In this document: one piece after another, positions 35,898 through 43,501 of the stretch
How positions within the stretch are numbered: position 1 is the first letter of the stretch
Layout: every line of letters begins with the position of its first letter
Origin: Acidobacteriota bacterium
Lineage (GTDB): Bacteria; Acidobacteriota; Vicinamibacteria; Vicinamibacterales; CAVVIG01
Direction of reading: 5' to 3'
NCBI GenBank assembly: GCA_016195265.1
Contig: JACPZW010000003.1
Coordinates: forward strand, 67,279-131,278
DNA: 64,000 nt
Notes under the pieces: model-generated
What the model saw: only the letters and a program-made list of their open reading frames with translations
Database searches by the model: none
What the model was told of the DNA's origin: nothing
Program-made: the position numbers and the translations under genes

Positions 35898-37823
35898 ATG
35901 GCCTCCACGAACTACACCGCCAAAGACATCACGGTTCTGGAAGGGCTCGAGCCCGTACGCAAGCGGCCCGGCATGTACATCGGTGGCGTCGGCTCCACCG
36001 GGCTCCATCATCTCGTTTGGGAAACACTGGACAACTCGGTCGACGAGGCGATGAACGGTCATGCTTCAAACATTTGGGTGACCCTTCACGCCGATGGATC
36101 GTCGATTACGATCGAGGACGACGGCCGCGGCATTCCGATCGACAAACACCCGGCGACGAAGAAAAGCGCGCTCGAGGTGATCTTCACCGTCCTGCACGCG
36201 GGCGGCAAGTTCGAGCACGGCAATTACAAGACCGCCGGCGGCCTCCACGGCGTCGGCGCGAGCGTCGTCAACGCGCTCTCGAAGGAGCTCGTCGCCACGG
36301 TCAAGCGCGACGGTGCCCAGTGGGAGATGCGCTTCAAGCAGGGCAAGCTGGTCAGCGGGCTGAAAAAGCTCGGGCCGGCGCGCGGCACCGGGACCACTGT
36401 GCACTTCAGGCCGGACGCCGCGATCTTTCCGAAGATCGAATTCGATCCCGCGATCATCAAGGAACGACTCGAGGTCGCCAGCTACCTGCACAAGGGCCTG
36501 AAGGTCTCGTTCGAGGACGAAACCGCGCCGCCCAAGGACCGCAAGGTCACCTTCGAGCACACCGAAGGGCTCGTCGACTATCTGAAGAAGATCGTCGCCG
36601 ACCGCGGCGCCAAGCCGGTGCACGAAGCGCCCTTCGTCCTCACGAAGGACGAAGGACTGCGGATCGATCTCGTCGTGCAGTGGACCGAGGCGACCGATGA
36701 GCACCTGCGATCGTACGTCAACGGCATTCCGACCGGATCCGGCGGCACGCACGAGACCGGCCTGCGCGGCGGACTGGGCAAGGCGGTGCGCAATTTCATC
36801 GAGACGCACAATCTCTCGCCGAAGGGCGTCACGCTGACGGCCGAGGACATCCGCGAAGGGATGACCGGCGTGCTCAGCGTCTTCGTGCAGGAGCCGCAGT
36901 TCCAGGGCCAGACGAAGGACCGGCTGAACAACCCCGAGCTCGTGTCCGCGGTGGACGGCGTCGTGCGTCCCACGCTCGAGCACTGGCTGAACCACAACAT
37001 CAGCGTTGCGGAGGCGATCGTCGCCCGGATCATTCTCGCGGCGCGCGCGCGCGAGGCGAGCCGGGCGGCGCAGGCCGAAGTGTCGCGCAAGAGCGCGACG
37101 TCATCGCGCCTGAATCTCCCAGGCAAGCTCAGCGACTGCACGAACTCCACGAGCGAAGGCAGCGAGCTGTTCGTCGTCGAAGGCGATTCGGCCGGCGGGT
37201 CGGCGAAGCAGGGCCGCGATCGCGCGCGGCAGGCGATTCTGCCGCTGCGCGGCAAGGTGCTGAACACCGAGAGCGCGTCGCTGGCGAAGGTGCTCGAGAA
37301 CAAGGAGCTCGCGGATCTGGTGACCGCGCTCGGGTGCGGGCTCGGGAACAACTTCGAGATCGAGAAGCTGCGCTACGGCAAGATCATCATCCTCGCCGAC
37401 GCGGACTCCGACGGCAACCACATCGCGACGCTGCTGCTGACGTTCATCTATCGCCATCTGCCGAAGCTGATCACGAACGGCAAGGTATATCTCGCGCAGC
37501 CGCCGCTCTACCGCATCGACATCGGCAAGGACACCTTCTGGGCGCTCGACGACGCGCAAAAAGAAGCCATCCTGAAGCAGCACTCGAAGAACGGGCACGG
37601 GCGATCGCCGGAGATCACGCGCTTCAAGGGCCTCGGCGAGATGATGCCCAAGGTGTTGTGGGAGACGACGCTCAACCCGCGCACGCGGCGGCTGCTGCGC
37701 GTGGAGATCACGGATCAAATCACGACCGATCGCGTGATCAACGAGCTGATGGGCAAGGATGCTTCCGCACGATTTCGCTTCATCATGGAAAGAGCCGATG
37801 AAGCCGATGAACTGGATGTCTAA
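35898..37823 (+). CDS. type IIA DNA topoisomerase subunit B (GyrB/ParE family)
   Basis: Met 134 of ORF 35499..37823. VLEGLEPVRKRPGMYIGG, LHAGGKF, GGLHGVGASVVNALS, the Toprim motifs EGDSAGGSAKQGRDR and IIILADADSDGNHI, and the C-terminal KGLGEM. Confidence 0.85.
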   Translation: MASTNYTAKDITVLEGLEPVRKRPGMYIGGVGSTGLHHLVWETLDNSVDEAMNGHASNIWVTLHADGSSITIEDDGRGIPIDKHPATKKSALEVIFTVLHAGGKFEHGNYKTAGGLHGVGASVVNALSKELVATVKRDGAQWEMRFKQGKLVSGLKKLGPARGTGTTVHFRPDAAIFPKIEFDPAIIKERLEVASYLHKGLKVSFEDETAPPKDRKVTFEHTEGLVDYLKKIVADRGAKPVHEAPFVLTKDEGLRIDLVVQWTEATDEHLRSYVNGIPTGSGGTHETGLRGGLGKAVRNFIETHNLSPKGVTLTAEDIREGMTGVLSVFVQEPQFQGQTKDRLNNPELVSAVDGVVRPTLEHWLNHNISVAEAIVARIILAARAREASRAAQAEVSRKSATSSRLNLPGKLSDCTNSTSEGSELFVVEGDSAGGSAKQGRDRARQAILPLRGKVLNTESASLAKVLENKELADLVTALGCGLGNNFEIEKLRYGKIIILADADSDGNHIATLLLTFIYRHLPKLITNGKVYLAQPPLYRIDIGKDTFWALDDAQKEAILKQHSKNGHGRSPEITRFKGLGEMMPKVLWETTLNPRTRRLLRVEITDQITTDRVINELMGKDASARFRFIMERADEADELDV

Positions 37824-37927
37824 ACTTGAAAGTGAAAAGTGAAAACTGAAAAGTGAAGACTGTAAAGTCACGTCTCCATCTCGCTTTACTTTTCACTTTT
37901 CTCTTTTCACTTTTCAGTTTCACTTCC
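37821..37927. repeat. MITE-like long hairpin, family G, starting at the stop codon of the topoisomerase B gene
   Basis: TAAACTTGAAAGTGAAAAGTGAAAACTGAAAAGTGAAGACTGTAAAG...CTTTACTTTTCACTTTTCTCTTTTCACTTTTCAGTTTCACTTCC. Confidence 0.7.
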
Positions 37928-39151
37928 GCGCCCGCGACCGCCCAACCGGGTGCGGCCGGCGGTCTTCTCCCTCGCACGGCCGACGGCGGCGTGCCCAGTC
38001 CGCCCACCGTCCCGATCAGCCCGCGCCGGGCCGCCGCGTTCGGCGCGGCGATCGTCGCCGGCCTGCTGTTGCTGCAGTACGCGCACCGGCGGAGGCCGTT
38101 CATCCTCGTGTGGGCCGCCGGATGGCTTCTCATCACGCCTCAGATGCTGCTCATCGCGCGCGGCTACGACAGCATCATCGTCGCCCGCCTTGGCGTCGGC
38201 CTGTCGCAGTTGCTCGGCATCATGACCGCGACCTTGTTCTTCTGGAGCGCGGACCTGTACCGGCAGACACGCTACGTCCGTCTCGTGCACTGGAAGCCGC
38301 TGGCCGGGCTCAGCGCGTGGTTTCTGCTGACACCGCTCGTCTTCGGCACCATCACCGTGCTGTCGCCGGGATACTTTCTGTCGGCGATCCTGCTGGGCGC
38401 CGCGGGCACGATGTACGGCGCCGTTCTGGTCGAGCGGAAGATGATCGGCGCCGGCCTCGTCGCGTTCGTGCTCTTCGGGCTCGCCGTCTCCGACCTGACG
38501 ACGGCGGTTGTCGTGCCGCAGATGCTGGCGACCGGCCGCTTCACGTTCGAGATTCTCCTGGTGAACACGGTGCTCTACGCGTTCGGCGCGCTCGGCATCC
38601 ACCAGCTGGTGTTCGAGGACATGACGTACGAGCTTCGACTCACGAACCGCCGGCTCGAGACAGCGCAGGAGGAACTGCTGCAGGCGGCGACGACCGATAC
38701 GTTGACCGGCTGTCACAACCGCCGGTTCTTCGAACAGGTGATCGAGCGCGAGCTGCAGCGCCACGAACGGTTCGAGCTGCCGCTCTCGCTGCTGTTCATC
38801 GACATCGATCGCTTCAAGCAGATCAACGACACGCTGGGGCATGAAGCGGGCGACAAGGTGCTGCAGTACGTCGCGCGCTTCCTCAAGCGCCACATACGCG
38901 AGGCGGACTACGTGTTCCGCTGGGGCGGCGACGAGTTCCTCGTGTTGATCACGTGCGAGGCCGCCGAAGCGAAGCGCAAGGCGCGCGCGCTGAAGGCTGC
39001 GTTCGACGCCGCGCCCTCCGCGATCGAGCTGCCGCCCGGCATCGGGCTCAGCGTCGGCTGGACGGAAGTCCCCGCGGGCACCACGGATCTGCTCCCGCTC
39101 GTGAGCGAGGCCGACGAGCGGATGTACGAGGACAAAGGAAAGCGGGCGTAG
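37853..39151 (+). CDS. membrane-anchored diguanylate cyclase (GGDEF)
   Basis: 432-aa ORF with multiple TM helices, then DTLTGCHNRR...IDIDRFKQINDTLGHEAGD...RWGGDEFLV. The GTG start at 37853 lies inside the family G hairpin, so the true start may be downstream (e.g. GTG near 37990). Confidence 0.8.
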   Translation: MKTVKSRLHLALLFTFLFSLFSFTSAPATAQPGAAGGLLPRTADGGVPSPPTVPISPRRAAAFGAAIVAGLLLLQYAHRRRPFILVWAAGWLLITPQMLLIARGYDSIIVARLGVGLSQLLGIMTATLFFWSADLYRQTRYVRLVHWKPLAGLSAWFLLTPLVFGTITVLSPGYFLSAILLGAAGTMYGAVLVERKMIGAGLVAFVLFGLAVSDLTTAVVVPQMLATGRFTFEILLVNTVLYAFGALGIHQLVFEDMTYELRLTNRRLETAQEELLQAATTDTLTGCHNRRFFEQVIERELQRHERFELPLSLLFIDIDRFKQINDTLGHEAGDKVLQYVARFLKRHIREADYVFRWGGDEFLVLITCEAAEAKRKARALKAAFDAAPSAIELPPGIGLSVGWTEVPAGTTDLLPLVSEADERMYEDKGKRA

Positions 39152-39161
39152 TCAGCGAGTC

Positions 39162-39207
39162 GGTGGCTGGTGGCTGGTGGCTGGTGGCTGGTGGCTGGTG
39201 GCTGGTG
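39162..39207. repeat. (GGTGGCT)x6.5 perfect heptamer tandem array
   Basis: Six perfect units plus a partial unit, read directly, beginning 11 nt after the GGDEF stop codon. Confidence 0.85.
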
Positions 39208-39404
39208 ACGCGTCGATACGCATTGAACCGAACGAAGTTCCCGGTCAGCTCCGTCTGTTACTCAGGCCTGACACTCGAATGAGACTCGCAGACGACTAGC
39301 ACGCGAAATAGTTGCGCGAGCCGTTTGCTGGGTGCAAGAACATGGTCACGGCTTTCGCGGCGAATCGCTTGTGCGAATCGTGTAAGGCTGCGGCCATGCG
39401 ACAT

Positions 39405-39433
39405 CACCAGCCACCAGTCCCCAGCCACCAGCC
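39405..39433. repeat. inverted partner array CACCAGC CACCAGT CCCCAGC CACCAGC
   Basis: This is the reverse complement of the GGTGGCT-type array. Together with 39162-39207 it brackets a ~197-bp lower-GC core. Confidence 0.7.
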
Positions 39434-39456
39434 TCCTCGTCGTAAACTAGTCACGA

Positions 39457-40623
39457 ATGCCAGCGACCTCCACCACGTACGCGATTCCGCTGCACCGGCC
39501 GCCGTTCGAGGACGCTGACGCGCACGCGGTCGTCGCGGCGCTGAACGACGGACTGCTGACCGGCGACGGCGCGGCGAACCAGCGGCTCGCGCAGGCCGCG
39601 CAGCGGACGCTCGGCTGCCATCGCGCCTACGCCACGCCGTCGGGCACGCACGCGCTCGAGCTGATGATGCGCGCGCTGCCGCTCGCGCCCGGCGACGAAG
39701 TCATCTGCCCTTCGTTCACCTTCGTCTCCGTCGCCAATGCGATCATCCTCGCCGGCGGCACGCCGGTCTTCGCGGACATCGAAGCCGCGACGCTCAATCT
39801 CGATCCGGCGAGCGTGCAGCAGCGGCTCTCGCCGCGGACGCGCGCGATCGTCACCGGCCACTACGGCGGCATCGCGTTCGGGCTCGAGACGCTTGAGTCG
39901 CTCGCCTCGTCTCGCGGCATCGCGCTGCTCGAAGACGCCGCGCACGCGCTCGGCGGCACGTATCGCGGGCGCGCGCTCGGCACGTGGGGACGCGCGGCCG
40001 CGTTCTCGTTTCACGGCACGAAGAATCTCGTCGCGGGCGAAGGCGGATTGTTCGTCACGACCGACGCGGCGCTGGCCGCGCGCGCGGAGATCATCCGCGA
40101 GAAGGGCACGGACCGATCGCGCTTCCTCCGCGGCGACGTGGACCGCTACACGTGGCAGGCCGTCGGCAGCTCGTATCTGATGAGCGACGTTTTGGCGGCG
40201 CTCGTCCTCGCGCAGTGGGGCCGGATCGACGCCATCACGGCCGCGCGTCGCGAGCGATTCGATCGCTATCAGCAGGCATTGGCGCCGCTCGCCGCGGCGG
40301 GCCAGGTCACGCGCCCCATCGTCCCGGAGGGCTGCGAGCCCGCGTACCACGTCTACTTCGTGCTCGCCGACGCGAAAGCCACACGCGATCGCCTCGCGGC
40401 GTGGTTGCGCGAGCGAGGGATCGAAGCGTCGTCGCACTTCGTGCCGCTGCACCTCTCGCCGTACGCGACGAACACGCTCGGCACGCGGCCGGGCCTGTGC
40501 CCGATCACCGAGAGCGCCGCGGACCGGCTCGTCCGTCTGCCGCTCTACCCCGCGCTGTCACCGGCCGATCAGCAGACCGTGATCGACGCCGTGTCCGCGT
40601 TCTTCGGTCGATCGAGGACGTGA
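39457..40623 (+). CDS. DegT/DnrJ/EryC1/StrS-family sugar aminotransferase (WecE/ArnB-like)
   Basis: 388-aa ORF: GDEVICPSFTFVSVANAI, SFHGTKNLVAGEGG (PLP Lys), HFVPLHLSPY. Confidence 0.8.
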   Translation: MPATSTTYAIPLHRPPFEDADAHAVVAALNDGLLTGDGAANQRLAQAAQRTLGCHRAYATPSGTHALELMMRALPLAPGDEVICPSFTFVSVANAIILAGGTPVFADIEAATLNLDPASVQQRLSPRTRAIVTGHYGGIAFGLETLESLASSRGIALLEDAAHALGGTYRGRALGTWGRAAAFSFHGTKNLVAGEGGLFVTTDAALAARAEIIREKGTDRSRFLRGDVDRYTWQAVGSSYLMSDVLAALVLAQWGRIDAITAARRERFDRYQQALAPLAAAGQVTRPIVPEGCEPAYHVYFVLADAKATRDRLAAWLRERGIEASSHFVPLHLSPYATNTLGTRPGLCPITESAADRLVRLPLYPALSPADQQTVIDAVSAFFGRSRT

Positions 40624-42539
40624 CGCCCGCCGATCGGGAACCACGCCGCCAGCATCTGGATCTGTATCTGATCGGCGCGCTGCTGATCCTCGTGGCCGCG
40701 GCGCAGCACCGGTGGAACGAAGGCATCACGAGCGACGGCAGCCTGTACTTCGCGCATCTGCGCAGCCTGATCTTCGATCGCGATCTGCAGATCGGGCCCG
40801 AACTCGAGTTCCTGCATCTGCCGCCACGCCCGCATCACATTGTCCCGATCGGCCCGTCGATTCTCTGGGCGCCGCTCTATCTGCTCGTCGCGCTCGGCGA
40901 CCGGCTGGGATCGATCCTCGGCCTGTCGTCGCGCGCGACTGGCGTCGCGCTCGGCCTGACCCGCCCGTACCTGCGCGCCGCGTTCATCGGATCGTTCGCC
41001 GTGGCGTCAGCCGGCCTCGTCGCGCTTCACCTGCACGTGCGGCGGGAATTCGGCCCCGCGATCGCGCTGCTGACGTCGACGCTGACGCTCGTCGCGACGC
41101 CGCTCGTCTGGTACATCGTCTTCGAGCCGTCCATGACGCATGCGGCGTCGTTCGGGGTCGTCTCGCTCGCGCTCGTCGCGTCGGACCGCTGGCTGAGCGC
41201 GGGATCGCCGACGCGCGGCCAGGCGATCGCGATCGGCGCGCTGTTCGCGCTGGCGATCCTGGTCAGGCCCGAAGATGGATTGTTCCTGGTGTTTCCGGCG
41301 GCGTTGATCTTTCGACAAGCAGGCCGGGTCCTTCCGCCTTCGCACGCTTCGGCGGACCGCCGTAGCCTTGGCGGAGGCGGTTCGGACCCGGCTGATCAGG
41401 CTGGCGGGTCCAGAAGGACCCGCCCTACATCCGCTCCGCCCTATATGACCATCATCAACATGGCGATCGGCGCCGCGCCGCTCATCCTGATTCAGGCGGC
41501 GATGCTCTACTTCCTGTTCACGTCGAACGACTTCTCGCTTGCAGGCGGCGACGAAGGCTACCTGTCGCTCTTGTCCCCGCACCTGAGCGACGTGCTCTTT
41601 TCCTCGCGCCACGGCCTGCTGTCGTGGTCGCCGGTCGTCTGGGCGGGGCTGGCCGGCATCCTTATATATAGCCGCCGCAACCCGCGCTGGGCGTGGCCGG
41701 CGCTCTTCGTCTTTACGACGATGGTCTGGACCAACGGATCCGCGCACGACTGGGCCGGCGGCTGGGCATTCGGCGGACGCCGGTTCGTCAGCATCCTCGG
41801 CGCGCTGGCGCCGGGTCTGGCGTTTGTCGCGTGGAAGGCGCGTCGGCACGCGGTCACGCTGCTGGCGCCGGCGGCGGTGATCCTGGTCGTCTGGAACGTC
41901 ACGCTGATGGCGAAGTATCACGCCGGCGCGATTCCGCGTGACGAGACGATCAGCTGGGCGGATGTCCTTGGCCCGCGCCTCGGCGCCGTCGCGCGGCCGC
42001 CGTTGTTCTATCCGTTCTCCGTCCCCGCCAACGTCTGGTTCGCGTGGCGTGAAGGCCTGCCCGCCGCGCGGTACGATCTGCTCGGTTCCGAGCCGCTGCG
42101 GCAGGAGATGTATCTGCCGCTGAACGACTGGGGCGCACGCTTTCTGGACAATCCCGCGGACTGGGAGAACGGCAGCGCCGACGCGTTTGGCTCGCGTCAT
42201 TTCCTGCGCGCGGCGTCGGCCGCGATTCTCGTGCCGCTCGACGTCCCGGCCGCGTCCGCGTTCGCGCTCGACGTCGAGGCCCGCGCCGACGGTCCGGCGC
42301 GCGACGCCATGACATCGCTCGCCGTTTCACTGAACGGCCGGTCGATCGGCGACATCCCGATGCCGATCGGCGCGACGCCGCCGGCGCGAAAGGCGTTCGT
42401 GCTGCCGGCCGGAGCCCGGATCTGGCGGCGCGGCTACAACCGCGTTACCATTTCGCAGCCCTCAACCGTGCCGCCTTCCACCCAATTCCTCGTGTACGCG
42501 CTGCGCGTCGGTCCCGCGACCGCGGGCCAGGGGCGCTGA
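40620..42539 (+). CDS. polytopic membrane protein, GT-C-like (ArnT/PMT-type) candidate glycosyltransferase
   Basis: GTG 40620 overlaps the upstream stop (GTGA). About 12 predicted hydrophobic segments and a C-terminal soluble domain. The function is inferred from context only. Confidence 0.55.
   Translation: MTPADREPRRQHLDLYLIGALLILVAAAQHRWNEGITSDGSLYFAHLRSLIFDRDLQIGPELEFLHLPPRPHHIVPIGPSILWAPLYLLVALGDRLGSILGLSSRATGVALGLTRPYLRAAFIGSFAVASAGLVALHLHVRREFGPAIALLTSTLTLVATPLVWYIVFEPSMTHAASFGVVSLALVASDRWLSAGSPTRGQAIAIGALFALAILVRPEDGLFLVFPAALIFRQAGRVLPPSHASADRRSLGGGGSDPADQAGGSRRTRPTSAPPYMTIINMAIGAAPLILIQAAMLYFLFTSNDFSLAGGDEGYLSLLSPHLSDVLFSSRHGLLSWSPVVWAGLAGILIYSRRNPRWAWPALFVFTTMVWTNGSAHDWAGGWAFGGRRFVSILGALAPGLAFVAWKARRHAVTLLAPAAVILVVWNVTLMAKYHAGAIPRDETISWADVLGPRLGAVARPPLFYPFSVPANVWFAWREGLPAARYDLLGSEPLRQEMYLPLNDWGARFLDNPADWENGSADAFGSRHFLRAASAAILVPLDVPAASAFALDVEARADGPARDAMTSLAVSLNGRSIGDIPMPIGATPPARKAFVLPAGARIWRRGYNRVTISQPSTVPPSTQFLVYALRVGPATAGQGR
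41320..41429. repeat. REP-like pair inside the GT-C-like membrane protein gene
   Basis: GCAGGCCGGGTCCTT[47-nt nested hairpin insert]TTCGGACCCGGC, then T-GATCAGGCTG-GCGGGTCCAGAAGGACCCGCCCTAC. The second unit and its flank are near-identical to 5971-6003. Confidence 0.7.
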
Positions 42540-42544
42540 GCGCC

Positions 42545-43501
42545 GTGATTTCGATCGTCATCCCCGTCTTCAACAACGGCGCGGCGATGGTCCGCGAATG
42601 CCATGCCGCGCTCGGCGCGACGCTGGCGACGCTGTCCGAGCCCGCCGAGATCATCTTCGTGGACGATGGCAGCCGCGACGACACGCTGGAGGCGCTGAAA
42701 GCGATCCAGCGCGCGGATGGAAGAGTCCGCGTGCTCGAGTTCGCCGCCAACTTCGGTCAGCACGCGGCCTTCTCCGCCGGCTTCGACGCCGTCCGCGGCG
42801 ATGTCGTCGTGACGATGGACGTGGATCTGCAGGCGGATCCAGCGGACATCCCGCGGATGATCGCGCCGCTCAGAAACGGGTACGACCTGGTCAGCGGCGT
42901 CCGCACGAACCGCCGCGATCCCGCGATGCGGCGCCTCGCGTCGCGCGTGGTCACGAAGCTCGTGACATCTCTCACCGGGATGACCGCCGTCAAGCTCCGC
43001 GACGTCGGCTGTCCGTTCAACGCGTTCACGGCGGACGTGGCGAAGAGCTTGTCCGCCTTCGGCGAGCTGCGCCGCTTCCTGAAGCCGCTCGCCGTGCGGG
43101 TGGCGCGATCGGTGACGGAAGTCGAAGTCGTGCACCGGCAGCGGGCCGTGCATCATGTGCGGACGTCGTACTCGGGCACGCGGCTGCTGCGGCTGTTCAT
43201 GGATTTCTTCGTCAACAGCATCGGCGATCTGTTCGCGTGGCTGTTCGCGATCGCGTCCGCGGCGACCGCGCTCGGTGTGGTCGCGTTCGCCGTGCTTGCG
43301 GTGATGCACCTGACCGGAATGGTGCGCCTGCGCTACCCGATCGCGGCGATGGCGGGCACGGCCATCGCGGCGCTCGTCGCGCTTCTCGGCCTCATCGGCG
43401 ACTACACGCAGCGCATCTACCGCCAGAGCTCCGGCCGTCCGTTCTATCTCATCCGCCGCGTGCACGAAACGCCCGGCGCTCCAGACGCTCGTGGCCGCTA
43501 G
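42545..43501 (+). CDS. family 2 glycosyltransferase, polyprenyl-phosphate sugar transferase type (ArnC/GtrB/DPM1-like)
   Basis: 318-aa ORF: ISIVIPVFNN, IIFVDDGSRDDT, NFGQHAAFSAGF, VVTMDVDLQADP, and two C-terminal TM helices as in ArnC/GtrB. Confidence 0.8.
   Translation: MISIVIPVFNNGAAMVRECHAALGATLATLSEPAEIIFVDDGSRDDTLEALKAIQRADGRVRVLEFAANFGQHAAFSAGFDAVRGDVVVTMDVDLQADPADIPRMIAPLRNGYDLVSGVRTNRRDPAMRRLASRVVTKLVTSLTGMTAVKLRDVGCPFNAFTADVAKSLSAFGELRRFLKPLAVRVARSVTEVEVVHRQRAVHHVRTSYSGTRLLRLFMDFFVNSIGDLFAWLFAIASAATALGVVAFAVLAVMHLTGMVRLRYPIAAMAGTAIAALVALLGLIGDYTQRIYRQSSGRPFYLIRRVHETPGAPDARGR

Noticed and set aside
39162-39207. Tandem and interspersed repeats considered as a possible CRISPR array (GGTGGCT x6.5; also 53489-53521, 43672-43716 and the E/G hairpins).
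   Set aside because: The units are 7-11 nt and directly adjacent, with no unique spacers of 25-40 nt. The long hairpins are single inverted pairs. No cas genes are present in the window.
39312-39518. Small ORFs inside repeat elements: 39312..39518 (68 aa), 44569..44754 (61 aa) and 14908..15099 (63 aa).
   Set aside because: Their sequences are dictated by the repeat arms (e.g. HQPPVPSHQPP from the heptamers). They have no RBS or codon-bias support, and they overlap better-supported features.
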